Shown here: one piece after another, positions 28,921-39,775 of the stretch
Layout of the letters: each line of letters starts with the position of its first letter
Numbering within the stretch: the first letter of the stretch is position 1
NCBI GenBank assembly: GCA_964388035.1
Contig: CAYLZE010000005.1
Coordinates: 35,742 to 99,741, forward strand
From: an uncultured archaeon
GTDB taxonomy: Archaea > Asgardarchaeota > Lokiarchaeia > Sigyniarchaeales > SOKP01
DNA length: 64,000 bases
Direction of reading: 5' to 3'
Translations under genes and position numbers: made by a program
The notes under the pieces: model-generated
Told to the model about the DNA's origin: nothing
Seen by the model: the letters and a program-made list of their open reading frames with translations, nothing else
The model's database searches: none

Positions 28921-30819
28921 TTAGCCAGTTCTTTTGAAAAGCTTATCTAACTCCTTATAGGAAAAAAATTTCATGACCGGTCTTCCATGAGCACAATGAA
29001 AGGGGTCCTTGCAAGTGGATAATTGAATCAATAAATTCCTAATATCTTTTAAAGACAAATCATCACCTCCCCGAATGCTCCGATGACAGGACAAGTAATT
29101 GATGATTTCTTCCTTGACTTCGGAAAAGGAACGTTCCTTTCCAATCTCCGTGATATCGCTGACAATTTCCTTGATTATCGCAGTATCCACGGATTTTCCC
29201 ATAATGACGGGAATTTCTCTTAAAATAAAAGTATTTCCCCCAAAGTGTTCGAAATTAAAACCCAATTTCTTGAACTGAGCAAGATTTTCCATCAAGAAGA
29301 ATTTTTCACTGGGGGATACTTCTAGATGTAAAGGAGAGATCAGCACTTGTTTACTTTTCACGGAATTTTCATACACGTCCAAGAAATATTCCTTGTTAAT
29401 TCGCTCGGATGCAGCATGTTGATCCAAGATAAACATTCCTTCCTCCCCCTCTTGGCTGAATCCTTCTAATAGGATGTAGATTTTATTGCTTAATTGTCCC
29501 GTTGGAGGAAGGAGTTTAATACGAGGAAAATTCTTCTCGGTAATATATTTATCTCGAATCAAGGAATCCAATACTTTTTTTTGCGAAGATCCTTGCATTT
29601 CCTCGTGTTCAATTAACAAGGTTTGTACGGGCTCTGATAGGAATTCGGAATTCATATCGGCATTTTCTTCCGTCGGGACTTGACTTACTGCCATCTTTTC
29701 TTGATCATCTAATACGGCTTGCTCATCAAGATTGAGTGAACTTACGTGTTGAGTCGTGGTTTTATTTCCTTTAATACCAGTATAATCCGTGATCTCCATG
29801 GGGATAGTTGCACTCTCTTCCTTCATGAAGTTCTCTTCCACTACCTTGCGAATGATAGTATAGACTTTATTATACATGTAATTATCATCTTCAAATCGCA
29901 CGTGGAGTTTCTTGGGATGCACGTTAAAATCCACAGTAGAAGGGCTTATATCTAAAAAGAGGATGAAAAAGGGAAACTTATTTATCATTAAAGTACCTTT
30001 ATAGGCATCCTTAACTGCTCTGAACAAGACATCACTGATGATGTAGCGCTTGTTTAAAAACACGCTCGAATCTTTCCGATTTCTACTCGAAATTGCCGGT
30101 TTTCCTATTAATCCCCATGCTTTAAAGTCTTCATCTTCGGAATACTCAAAGGAAATCAACTGGCTTGCTATTTGCTTGCCATACACGTGGAACACTGTGG
30201 TTCGCAAATCATTTGATAAAGGACAATTTAGAATGGTTAGCTCATCATGTGCATAATAAAAATGCAACTCGGGATATGCCAACGCATATCGTTGCAAGAT
30301 ATCCGTGATGTGCCCCAGTTCCGTGGCATCGGATTTTAAAAACTTTTTTCGAGCGGGAAGGTTATAAAAGAGGTTTAATATTTTTATATCCGTGCCAATG
30401 GGACAAGAAATACTCTTTTTTCCTTTTACCTTTCCTTCCTCCAGGATTAATTCCTCGCCTAAATCAATCCCTTTAATTCTCGAACGGATCTGGACCTTGC
30501 TCACCACTGCCATGCTGGCCAGCGCTTCTCCCCGAAAGCCCAGGGTTTGCAGGTTTTCTAAATCCTCCACGCTTCTTATCTTGCTACTGGTATGCCGTTC
30601 GAAAGCAATCTCCATTTCATCGGAGGGAATGCCAATCCCATCATCTATCACTTGAATTAAAGTTTTCCCCGCATTTTTCACCAGCACTTTTATTTCTTTC
30701 GCTCCCGCATCGATACTATTTTCAACCAGCTCTTTAATCACGTTAGAAGGGCGCTCTACCACCTCACCTGCCGCAATTTTTTCGGCGTGAATAATTTTTT
30801 CGATCTTCTTGCGTTCCAT
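28921..30819 (-). CDS. mutL: DNA mismatch repair protein MutL
   Basis: IAAGEVVERP, KELVENSIDAGA, GFRGEAL, DQHAASER, C.HGRP. Confidence 0.96.
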   Translation of the reverse strand: MERKKIEKIIHAEKIAAGEVVERPSNVIKELVENSIDAGAKEIKVLVKNAGKTLIQVIDDGIGIPSDEMEIAFERHTSSKIRSVEDLENLQTLGFRGEALASMAVVSKVQIRSRIKGIDLGEELILEEGKVKGKKSISCPIGTDIKILNLFYNLPARKKFLKSDATELGHITDILQRYALAYPELHFYYAHDELTILNCPLSNDLRTTVFHVYGKQIASQLISFEYSEDEDFKAWGLIGKPAISSRNRKDSSVFLNKRYIISDVLFRAVKDAYKGTLMINKFPFFILFLDISPSTVDFNVHPKKLHVRFEDDNYMYNKVYTIIRKVVEENFMKEESATIPMEITDYTGIKGNKTTTQHVSSLNLDEQAVLDDQEKMAVSQVPTEENADMNSEFLSEPVQTLLIEHEEMQGSSQKKVLDSLIRDKYITEKNFPRIKLLPPTGQLSNKIYILLEGFSQEGEEGMFILDQHAASERINKEYFLDVYENSVKSKQVLISPLHLEVSPSEKFFLMENLAQFKKLGFNFEHFGGNTFILREIPVIMGKSVDTAIIKEIVSDITEIGKERSFSEVKEEIINYLSCHRSIRGGDDLSLKDIRNLLIQLSTCKDPFHCAHGRPVMKFFSYKELDKLFKRTG

Positions 30820-30906
30820 TAAATTATTACCCGGATTAATACATTATCTTTTTTCTTTTAATGTAAAAGGAATTTTATTAAATTAATCTTCTCAATATAA
30901 AATGCT

Positions 30907-31016
30907 GTTTCCATCTTCTACTTGAAGCTTTTTCTCCGTAACTGTAAAATCAGCAGACTCCTTATTAATTTATTAACATGTTTCAATCTTCTACTTGAAG
31001 CGTTTTTCTCCGCAAC
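30907..31016 (-). CRISPR. Orphan minimal CRISPR array: 2 repeats and one 37-nt spacer
   Basis: Repeat (minus strand) GTTGCGGAGAAAAACGCTTCAAGTAGAAGATTGAAAC at 30980..31016; degenerate 36-nt copy at 30907..30942; spacer 30943..30979; AT-rich leader-like sequence from 31017. Confidence 0.8.
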
Positions 31017-31158
31017 TATTATATATATAATACAATATAAAAACAACCCTATTATAATTTTATGTAAATCAGAGAACATTTCCGAATTTAGAAAAGTTAT
31101 CTAAGGTATTGTGACGATTTTGCAGGATTGGCCTTATTAATTTTCCTTTATATGGAAG

Positions 31159-31457
31159 TTAATTTAAAATATTAGTAGATAAGAAATTTCTTAGTAACAT
31201 ATTTGTAGCATCTGGATGTGGTGAAAAGACGTGAAGTATTATTATAGTGGGAGACTCTGAAGCGGAAAAATGGTAGAGTGTTCCAAAGCCTTTATCATAT
31301 GTGATTATTGGTACTTGATGTTCAAAGCATAATCAAAAATGATTTGATCACTTATTCCTGGCTTTAATTCTTTCTCAACAAAAAGTAGATTAAGTCCTGA
31401 TTTTTTTAAAATTAAAATAGTAGATTTAGCAAGGCATTCGTCTACGAGGAGCTTCAT
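31159..31457 (-). pseudogene. DUF5615 PIN-like toxin, frameshifted and short
   Basis: MKLLVDECL...G.SD..IFDYA, then after a frame change near 31325 VPIITYDKGFG; downstream of a DUF433 gene. Confidence 0.78.
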
Positions 31458-31495
31458 GTGAACATAAATGATCAAATTATTATGATAAAGGCCTA

Positions 31496-31729
31496 TTAAA
31501 GATTAATTAATTCTTCTTCGGGGTGATCGACAACAAAAATCGAATATTCAAGAGCTGCTTTTATATCTTCCCTAGAAAGACGAGGGTATTCCTCTATTAT
31601 CTTTTCAAAGCTTGCTCCGTCGCTTAACATTTTTAATACTAGAGAGATCGGTATTCTTGTACCTTTAAATACAGGTTTTCCAGATAGTATAGCTGGATCA
31701 TTTCGAATTCTTTCAAAGAATTCATTCAT
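31496..31729 (-). CDS. DUF433 family antitoxin
   Basis: RI..DP.I..GKP..KGTRIP.......YP.L..EDI.AAL.Y. Confidence 0.92.
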   Translation of the reverse strand: MNEFFERIRNDPAILSGKPVFKGTRIPISLVLKMLSDGASFEKIIEEYPRLSREDIKAALEYSIFVVDHPEEELINL

Positions 31730-31974
31730 TTATATTCTTCTCTTGTAATAATTTACTAATGAATTTAATATTCTCAGTAAAAATAAAACTTTTATATTTC
31801 AATTTTTATATGGCTAATTTTCACTTTAAGAGAAATTATAGTGTAAACATTCATTCTTTACTGCTTAAATTTGCTCCATTAAAACTTTCTTTTAAAACAA
31901 ACTTTACTTCATAATTTTTTAAAAGAAATTGATTTAAGGATATTAATTCCCTTATTTGGAAATAAGGAAGTTTC

Positions 31975-32715
31975 TCATAATAAGGAGGCAGAATCTTCAT
32001 CAAGAAAGGCCCAGGTGTGGGGGTGTCTTTTTAAAATGGAAGCAGGATACATCGGGGAAACCGTGACCTCTGAAGACAAGCAATCGCGCACGGCTTCTGC
32101 CTTTCGCTTGTCGGGAACCACGCATATAATATATTTTGATTTTAAAATCTGCCGGATGGACATAGAAATGGCTTGGATGGGTACCTGTTCCACGGATGGA
32201 AACCAACCCTCCCCCACTTGTTGCATCCTGCAATCCTCGTCGAGATTCACGATGATGTAAGGCACGTCAAGAGTAAAGTCTGCTGGGGGATCATTAAATG
32301 CCAAGTGCCCGTTCTCTCCAATTCCCACGAAGGAGACATCAATTCCTTCCTGAGAAATTAACCGGTTCATTCGGGCACATTCTTCCTGCGGATCGGGAGC
32401 ATCTCCTTGAATGAAATGGACTTCAGCAGGATGGACCTTGTTAACGAGACGCTCCTTTAAATACTTGCGGAAACTGGCGGGATGGTTTTCTGAAAGCCCA
32501 ATGTACTCATCCAAATGAAACATGGTGGTTTTTTCCCATTTAATGGAGGGCATATCGCATAATGCATTCAAGAACTCGAATTGAGACGCTCCAGTTGCCG
32601 CAATAAATCGTACATTATCTTTATGTTTCAGTATTTCGTCAAAAAGTTCCGCAGCTTTAAGGGCTGCTGCTTGGCCCAAACTTTTTTTATTTGGATATAT
32701 GTCTATTTTTAACAT
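31975..32715 (-). CDS. nagB: Glucosamine-6-phosphate deaminase/isomerase family protein
   Basis: ATGASQ, FHLDEY, GIGENGHLAFNDP, PASIL. Confidence 0.85.
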   Translation of the reverse strand: MLKIDIYPNKKSLGQAAALKAAELFDEILKHKDNVRFIAATGASQFEFLNALCDMPSIKWEKTTMFHLDEYIGLSENHPASFRKYLKERLVNKVHPAEVHFIQGDAPDPQEECARMNRLISQEGIDVSFVGIGENGHLAFNDPPADFTLDVPYIIVNLDEDCRMQQVGEGWFPSVEQVPIQAISMSIRQILKSKYIICVVPDKRKAEAVRDCLSSEVTVSPMYPASILKRHPHTWAFLDEDSASLL

Positions 32716-32776
32716 GATGATTTTATCCTTTTAGAGAATATTTTAAGGATTCTATTATATGGTAAAAGGAGGGTTC

Positions 32777-35698
32777 TCATAAGTCTTTTTCTTGAATTTT
32801 TTCTTTAATTTCAATCAATTTTTTCATTGCATCAACGGGTGTTAGATTATTGATTTCTACCTCTTTAATGAGTTGAATGATTGTTTTTACCTCGTCATCC
32901 AATATTTTTTCGGTTTTAACAACAGGTTTAAAAAAGGAAGTTTGCACCATTTTTTTCTGTTTAGATTCTATTTTTTTAGCGTTAGTTTCTGGTTGGGGTT
33001 GAAGTTTTGAGGTTAAATCCTTGAGTTTTTCTTCCTTTTCTTCTATTTCATACTCTTTAGAATGAAGATCCTGCTCACAGCCTGTCAATTTAGCCTTCAA
33101 GTCATTCATTTGTTTATTTAACGCTTCTAGAGCTTTTTTCTTGCTTTGTATCATGGTTTCATAGGCATGCTCCTGAAATTTCCCATTACCATTACTTCGC
33201 ACGGTTTCCGTGAAGGGATCGTATTGTTCAATTTGCTCCAATAGGGAAAAAGCACGAATGATCACGTCATCGGGAATTCCTGCCAATTTTGCAACGTGAA
33301 TTCCATAGGACTTGTCGGTACTGCCCGATTTTAACTTCCGCACGAAGTTTATGCTTCCATCATCATTTTCAATAATATCCAGATGATAATTATTTATTCT
33401 CGGAAGGTTGATTTCCGTGAGCTGGTGATAATGGGTGCTGAAAAGAGTTTTTACCTTCATTTCATGCAGTTTTTCAAGAGTTGCCATGGCAATGCTCTGT
33501 CCATCACTGGTGCTGGTTCCTCTGCCTAACTCATCAATGATTACCAAGCTTTGGGGGGTGGCATAATTCAGGATCTTTGCAGTTTCCGTCATTTCTATCA
33601 TGAACGTGCTTAATTTCCTTGCCAGATCATCCGAAGCTCCAATTCGGGTAAAAATTTGGTCGAGCATTCCAATCGATGCTTTCGTTGCGGGCACGTAACT
33701 CCCCATCTGAGCAATCAAGCAAATTAAAGCCACTTGCCGCAAGTAGGTCGATTTTCCCGCCATGTTCGGGCCTGTTATGATGAGAATTTGTTCGCTTTCC
33801 GTGTCCAAATAACAATTATTCGGAATGAAAGCGTCCATGTAATTTATTTGCTCGATAACGGGATGCCTTCCTTCTTCAATCAGGATTTTATCATCTGCCG
33901 TGATTGTGGGGCGGCAATAATTATACTTTTCTGCAATTTCTGCGAAAGAGGATAAAATGTCGATCATCGCTATGTTTTTAGCTGTTTCTAAAACATCGTG
34001 AGTTTTTTCAATGGTTTTTTCTCGAATGGTGGTGAAAATTTCATATTCCAAATCATAAATTTTCTCTTCCGCCTCGATGATCTTTTCTTCGAGCTTTTTT
34101 AATTCGATGGTGGTATACCGCTTTGCATTTTTTAATGTTTGGCGTTCCACGTATTCATCTTCGGGAATTTTGGAAATGTCTCGCAAGGTTTTTTTAGTAA
34201 TTTGGATATAATATCCCAGGATATTATTATGCCCCACTTTCAATCCCGAGACCACGTTCCACCTTTTTTTTTGTTCATTTTCGTAATCCAAGAGGTACTT
34301 CTTTCCATTTTGTAAGATATCACGCAATTCATCTACTTCATCATTGAACCTTGTTTTTATGATCCCACCTTCCTTGATAGTGGTCGGAGGATTTTCAGCT
34401 ATGGACGCCCCTATCAAAGCGCGTACCTCTCCAAAATCTGAAATATTATCTAAAAATGTTGCAATCTCCGGTATCGAAGCATTTTTTAAACAATTTTTTA
34501 TTTCTGGGATTTTTTCCAGGGAATTTTTCAAGTTTAGCAAATCTCGTGCATTACAAGTGCCAGAATAGTTTATACGATTTACAAATCTTTCCAAATCACC
34601 CAATTCTTTCAATCTTTCCCTCAAATCCGAGCGCAAGAAAATGTCTTGTTTAAACTTTTCCACGATGTTGAGGCGATTATTAATCTCCTCGATGCTTGTC
34701 AATGGCTTTAATATGATTTTTTTCAACAATCGGGCTCCCATGGGCGTGTGAGTGTAATTGAAAATGGAATATAAAGTGGTATCCTTACCTCTCTCCCATA
34801 AGGATTTGGTTAATTCCAAATTTCTCTGCGTGACGTAATCTAAATGGAGGGTTCCTTCTTCCTGAATTAAATTAATTTTGAAAATATTAGGGAGAATGTC
34901 TCTTTGCGTTTCCTTTAAAAAAGCTAATAGGCCTCCCGCTGCTTGAACAGCAAGATCATGAGATTCCAATCCAAACGGTTCCAAGTTAGTAAGATTAAAG
35001 TGCCGCGTGATTAAAGCATGCGCATCATCGAGCGTGAAACAATGATCATGGTGGGGTTTTATTAGCGCATCTGTTAAATCAGTCAAGAATATGAGAAGAT
35101 GTTCATCCTTATTTAATTCTGACGGAATGATCACTTCCACGGGATCGTATTGAGAAAAGATGCTGAGCAATTTTTCCATGGGATCTTTTATTTTCATGGA
35201 AAACTCTGTGGTAACAAATTCGCCCGTGGTTAGATCGGCAAAAGCTATCCCATACCCTTTCTTTTCTTTAATGATAGATGCAATATAATTGTTTTCGTTG
35301 GACTTTACTAATTCTGAATCCACGATCGTACCAGGCGAGAGAATTTTTACCACGCCCCTCTTGACAATTCTCCCTTTCACCGTGGCAGGATCTTCCAATT
35401 GATCCACGACCACGACGGTTTGCCCTAAATTAATGAGATTGTTCAGATAATTTCCGGCGTGATGGGGTATGCCTGCTAATGGATAAGAATCATTTCCGAT
35501 TTTTCTTTTAGTCAAAGTTATTCCCAATAAACTAGACACCCTCGTGGCATCCTCATAAAAGAATTCGAAGAAATCTCCCATTCGATACGCGATGATGTAC
35601 TCTTTGGGGTAATTTTTCCGAATAGATGCCCAATGCTGCATCATGGGAGTGAGCTTTCTAATATCTAGGTCCTTGGACAATTCATCATCGATAGACAT
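32777..35698 (-). CDS. mutS: DNA mismatch repair protein MutS (MutS1)
   Basis: TPMMQ, R.GDFFEFF, GRHP, TGPNMAGKSTYLRQ, STFM.EM, DELGRGT, SYGIHVA. Confidence 0.96.
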   Translation of the reverse strand: MSIDDELSKDLDIRKLTPMMQHWASIRKNYPKEYIIAYRMGDFFEFFYEDATRVSSLLGITLTKRKIGNDSYPLAGIPHHAGNYLNNLINLGQTVVVVDQLEDPATVKGRIVKRGVVKILSPGTIVDSELVKSNENNYIASIIKEKKGYGIAFADLTTGEFVTTEFSMKIKDPMEKLLSIFSQYDPVEVIIPSELNKDEHLLIFLTDLTDALIKPHHDHCFTLDDAHALITRHFNLTNLEPFGLESHDLAVQAAGGLLAFLKETQRDILPNIFKINLIQEEGTLHLDYVTQRNLELTKSLWERGKDTTLYSIFNYTHTPMGARLLKKIILKPLTSIEEINNRLNIVEKFKQDIFLRSDLRERLKELGDLERFVNRINYSGTCNARDLLNLKNSLEKIPEIKNCLKNASIPEIATFLDNISDFGEVRALIGASIAENPPTTIKEGGIIKTRFNDEVDELRDILQNGKKYLLDYENEQKKRWNVVSGLKVGHNNILGYYIQITKKTLRDISKIPEDEYVERQTLKNAKRYTTIELKKLEEKIIEAEEKIYDLEYEIFTTIREKTIEKTHDVLETAKNIAMIDILSSFAEIAEKYNYCRPTITADDKILIEEGRHPVIEQINYMDAFIPNNCYLDTESEQILIITGPNMAGKSTYLRQVALICLIAQMGSYVPATKASIGMLDQIFTRIGASDDLARKLSTFMIEMTETAKILNYATPQSLVIIDELGRGTSTSDGQSIAMATLEKLHEMKVKTLFSTHYHQLTEINLPRINNYHLDIIENDDGSINFVRKLKSGSTDKSYGIHVAKLAGIPDDVIIRAFSLLEQIEQYDPFTETVRSNGNGKFQEHAYETMIQSKKKALEALNKQMNDLKAKLTGCEQDLHSKEYEIEEKEEKLKDLTSKLQPQPETNAKKIESKQKKMVQTSFFKPVVKTEKILDDEVKTIIQLIKEVEINNLTPVDAMKKLIEIKEKIQEKDL

Positions 35699-35812
35699 CG
35701 TATGGAAAAAAAATCTCTTTTAGCTTAAATATCTAAAGAGACCGCTGTTTATTTAGTATAAACTCATGGTACTATTAAATTTCATTTATTAATAGCATAA
35801 TCATGGATGATT

Positions 35813-36871
35813 TTATATCCAAGGAGTCTTATCCAAGGTCTCTTGCCAAGATTTTGAGGTTTCCACGAGATCGGGATAATATTTTTGGATCTCTGCAATT
35901 GCCTCCAAGCAACCCGTTAATTTATGAGCACTATCGTATCGATTAAATAGGAATTCTCGGTCATTTAAGGTGGGAAGGGTATAATTTAGATACTTGCTTA
36001 AAGCTTTTTGAATGTCGTCTTCCCGATAACCCCCTGTTTGCTTGCAACTTCTCGTGAGACAAAAGATAGCATCTAAATCAATACAGTAGGAAACATCTCC
36101 ATCCCAAAGCCCAAAATCGTTTTGTAATTGAAGCGTTGCATCAATAATTTTTTCAGGATAAGGAAGGGGGTGCTTCATGAATTCATATACCCAATAATAG
36201 TGTACTGCACCGCCTAATTCGTGTTTCGTTAGTCTATCTTTTTTTAATCGGTGAATCCAACCCAATCGCCAGAATCCTACTTCTGGATCTGCCATCTTAT
36301 CCAACCATTCAAAATACCAATCGAAAAAATTTTCATGAGGATAAGAATCTAAGCCCAAAGTAGCAAAAGAAGCGGCAAGACCTCCTCCACGATGGGAACC
36401 AGGCCAATACAATAATCCCCATTCTGGCGTGGTCCTTAACCATTTTTCAACTTTTTTTTGGTTATTTAATTTTTTAGCAATTTTAAGGGGATATTTTGGA
36501 GCTCCTCCTAATAAATTCAATGCAGAAATTGAAAATGCCGTGCTATGTTCCTTGAAATGGATTCCATAATTTATTAAACTTTTCTTGAACCAGCCTGTTT
36601 TTGGGTCTTGGAAGGATTGAATGTAAGAGAGCCAGCCTTCCTTATTTTCGTTAGGATGGGAGGAGAAATAGGAATCCAAAAGGTTTGGAATGGTTAAATT
36701 AAATACCATGTCCGTGATGCCATACAAGGAGGGTTTTGTCTTTGAACGAACTACAGAATAATTTCCCGTTTTTTCATCAATCTTGTAGGAGTCCACCCAA
36801 TCGAATAAATAACTCTGAAATGAAGTGAGATCTTTAGGGTGGGATATTTTTAATAGTTCCATGTTACTCAT
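35813..36871 (-). CDS. Hypothetical protein, possible alpha/alpha-barrel (prenyltransferase-like repeats)
   Basis: QDPKTGWF, DPEVGFW, LQNDFGLW QW-like motifs. Confidence 0.55.
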   Translation of the reverse strand: MSNMELLKISHPKDLTSFQSYLFDWVDSYKIDEKTGNYSVVRSKTKPSLYGITDMVFNLTIPNLLDSYFSSHPNENKEGWLSYIQSFQDPKTGWFKKSLINYGIHFKEHSTAFSISALNLLGGAPKYPLKIAKKLNNQKKVEKWLRTTPEWGLLYWPGSHRGGGLAASFATLGLDSYPHENFFDWYFEWLDKMADPEVGFWRLGWIHRLKKDRLTKHELGGAVHYYWVYEFMKHPLPYPEKIIDATLQLQNDFGLWDGDVSYCIDLDAIFCLTRSCKQTGGYREDDIQKALSKYLNYTLPTLNDREFLFNRYDSAHKLTGCLEAIAEIQKYYPDLVETSKSWQETLDKTPWI

Positions 36872-37024
36872 TAAAAGGCTTAGGAAATAATATTTTTTTA
36901 GATTTCTTTCAATTCATGGTAAAAAATGTTCTAAAAGGATTTAACTCAATTAATTTGAAAAGAGTTCCTTTCCCCAAGATTCCTATTTATAATTTAGATA
37001 ACCAAAAAAATAAAAGAAATTTAT

Positions 37025-39775
37025 TTAAATTTTTAAAACTTTCTTCTCAAGGGTTAATTCGTAAGCTTCTTCCATGGCAGTTTTGTAGATATCCACTTTA
37101 AACTTATTATGTAAAGGACTTATTCTTGCTCCAGCGTGTGCTGCTTTATACACAGAATTTGATAAGAATCCTAATTTTCCTTTCACCATCTTGGCTGCTT
37201 TTTCCAGCTCCGTTAAGGTATTATCATCATATCCTCCAAAAAGCCCATCTAAGAAGGCATAGAAATAAAGAAATATGAATATTCCCGTTAAGAAAATAAT
37301 GGCGGTATTGATGATTTTATCCCCCATTTCGATGACCCAAAGTGCTTCTCCCACGAAATATAAGACTGCAAAGTTGCAAATCGCGGCTAATATAGGAGCT
37401 ATAAAGGTTTTATAGGGATACACCTTATAATCCGAGATTTTACGCTTTACGATAATCCAAGCAATGATATCCTTAGTAAATACCGCGGGAATATAAGCAT
37501 AGAGAACGGCAATCATGTCTTTCAATGCCAATACCAAGACTAGCATTAGGATCGCTCTGGTGCTTTGTTCAATTACCCATACCAAAGCAGCATAGCCCGT
37601 TCTCCCCGTACCTTGAAAAACTGCATCTACCAGCCAAGAATATACTCCAAAGGAATGAAAGATCAATAAAGGAAACAGAAAACGTACAGCCGGGCCACCA
37701 TAATCCTCTCCTGCTGCACCTACTATAAATTTAGGTCCTACCGCAAAAAGAACCGATACTATGAAGAAGGCAAAATAATTTCCCCATCTAAAAGCTTGAT
37801 AAATATAAAGTTTGGTGAGAGTTTTCTTATTATGAGACTCAGATTCACTAAATGCTCCTAATAATGATGCTCCATAGAGTGTTACGAGTTGGACAATCAT
37901 TCCAATGTTCCAAGTTAATTGAAAGTAGCCGAGTTCATTGGAATAATTAGCAATGAAAGCGCTAGTGATGATAATTTGCAAGAAATACCCTATTTGAACG
38001 AAGGATTCTCCAAAGGCTAAACGAGAGCCATAGTGCATGGTTTGTTTGAATTCTTCTTTATCGAAATCAACGCGAAACACCGTTTTGGGAGAAAATCCCA
38101 TTCTCTTAAAGATGGCAACGGATAATGCAAACGTGGCCCAGTAGTCAAAGTATCTCGCTATAGAATAACCAATACCTGCTCCTAGTGCTTCTCCAATGGC
38201 AGGATTAGCTGCCCCCCATAATCTTCCAATATAGCAAAATATTACCTGTCCTATTATCAAAAATACGACTTCCCATGCGACATATAAAATTAAATGATAA
38301 TCAGACCTTTGCATTCCCTGAAATGTGTACATGAAGACCAAGAAAAATCCCGGATATTGCACCAGTGAGAAAGTGATGAAGACCCAACTCATGTGAGCTA
38401 AATTCGTGTTTGGAAAAATTATAGAACCTAAGAATGCAAATATTGAGACTTGAACAACTCCCGTGAATAGTTGCCACCATACAAAAATTTGGATATAATG
38501 AATGGCTTTTTCGGGGTTCTTCACACGGTATTGGGAGAAATATTTAGCCAGTGCATAAGATGTGCCAAAATCAAAGAGTAGCCATGCGATTTGAAAGAGA
38601 TTGTAGGTTAAATAATACCATCCTGCTGCTTGGGGATAGGGTTGAATAATTTGGGGCATGACAAAATTGGAAACCAATAATTGAGGAATGACGACTAATA
38701 ATCCGATAAAAAGCGTGAAAAAAAACCCTCCCAACTGGCGGTGTATGCCTATAACTTCCCAATCATCCTTTAAATCTACTTTTTTTTCAAGTTTTTGCTC
38801 GAGGACCCTGGATTCTTCTATTTTTTTTTCTTCTTCTTCTCGTGCCATTCTTTCTAAGGCTTGAATGGTGGCTTGGTCCATTTCGGGCTGGGATCGTTTT
38901 CTTACGATCTGGAATAAGGAGAAAGCCATTACTGCAAGGCTGATTACGATGATCAACAAGATGATTTGATCGAAGAAGTGCGGCACGGGTGAATATGGCC
39001 AAACAGGATAAGTATCAAAATTTTCATTCAATGTTTGAAACATCATGCCATATAAGAGGTAATTAAAATAGGGCCATACCATAAAATCCTTGTTAAAACC
39101 CTCTTCTAACCACCCGTTAAATAATAGCACGTTTCCTTTTCCCTTGCTCGCTTCTACTAATATAGGTTGTCGATATTCATCGATGGCTAAATTTTCCGAT
39201 GTTGGATAAGTATCTATTATAGGTTTTACTCCATCCGCATAACTCTGCAGGGGGATTTTCGTCATGCTATCTGCCTTCAAACTAGGAGCAGAATTCCAAT
39301 CCAAGTTCTTGCCGAGAGGATTGGTATTATCTTTAACGATGAAGACCTCTGCCTCATCATTCTCCTCAAAATTAGCAATGTCTAAAATACCCATATCAAA
39401 TAAAAGTTCGGGATCTTGAAAAAGGGCATTTCCCATAAATATAGCTAAACCTCCCCCTTTTTCCACGAAATCTACGAGTCTTGCACGACCTGCTGATTTC
39501 AGGACAACATCAAAAACGATGACAATATCATAAGCACCTAATTCGGAGATATCTCCCACCGTCACATCGAAATTTTGTTCATCCACTCTCAAACTTTGAA
39601 GGAAAAGTTCATCATTACCATTAGTGATGACGAGAACCTTGTTCTGGTTTGAAGCTTGTCCCTTAGAAGGGGGTATCAATATAAAAAATCCCACGGTGCT
39701 GCTAATAAATAAGGCAATCACGCAGATAACTAATATGTTAGAATTTATTTTATTAGTTTTCATCTTTTTAAGCAA
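37025..39775 (-). CDS. Membrane protein: extracellular GATase-like domain fused to a MOP/oligosaccharide flippase-like domain
   Basis: N-terminal TM; L..FV..GGGL and GKG.V soluble domain; more than 12 C-terminal TM segments with D.G...AL..Y.S. Confidence 0.65.
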   Translation of the reverse strand: MLKKMKTNKINSNILVICVIALFISSTVGFFILIPPSKGQASNQNKVLVITNGNDELFLQSLRVDEQNFDVTVGDISELGAYDIVIVFDVVLKSAGRARLVDFVEKGGGLAIFMGNALFQDPELLFDMGILDIANFEENDEAEVFIVKDNTNPLGKNLDWNSAPSLKADSMTKIPLQSYADGVKPIIDTYPTSENLAIDEYRQPILVEASKGKGNVLLFNGWLEEGFNKDFMVWPYFNYLLYGMMFQTLNENFDTYPVWPYSPVPHFFDQIILLIIVISLAVMAFSLFQIVRKRSQPEMDQATIQALERMAREEEEKKIEESRVLEQKLEKKVDLKDDWEVIGIHRQLGGFFFTLFIGLLVVIPQLLVSNFVMPQIIQPYPQAAGWYYLTYNLFQIAWLLFDFGTSYALAKYFSQYRVKNPEKAIHYIQIFVWWQLFTGVVQVSIFAFLGSIIFPNTNLAHMSWVFITFSLVQYPGFFLVFMYTFQGMQRSDYHLILYVAWEVVFLIIGQVIFCYIGRLWGAANPAIGEALGAGIGYSIARYFDYWATFALSVAIFKRMGFSPKTVFRVDFDKEEFKQTMHYGSRLAFGESFVQIGYFLQIIITSAFIANYSNELGYFQLTWNIGMIVQLVTLYGASLLGAFSESESHNKKTLTKLYIYQAFRWGNYFAFFIVSVLFAVGPKFIVGAAGEDYGGPAVRFLFPLLIFHSFGVYSWLVDAVFQGTGRTGYAALVWVIEQSTRAILMLVLVLALKDMIAVLYAYIPAVFTKDIIAWIIVKRKISDYKVYPYKTFIAPILAAICNFAVLYFVGEALWVIEMGDKIINTAIIFLTGIFIFLYFYAFLDGLFGGYDDNTLTELEKAAKMVKGKLGFLSNSVYKAAHAGARISPLHNKFKVDIYKTAMEEAYELTLEKKVLKI

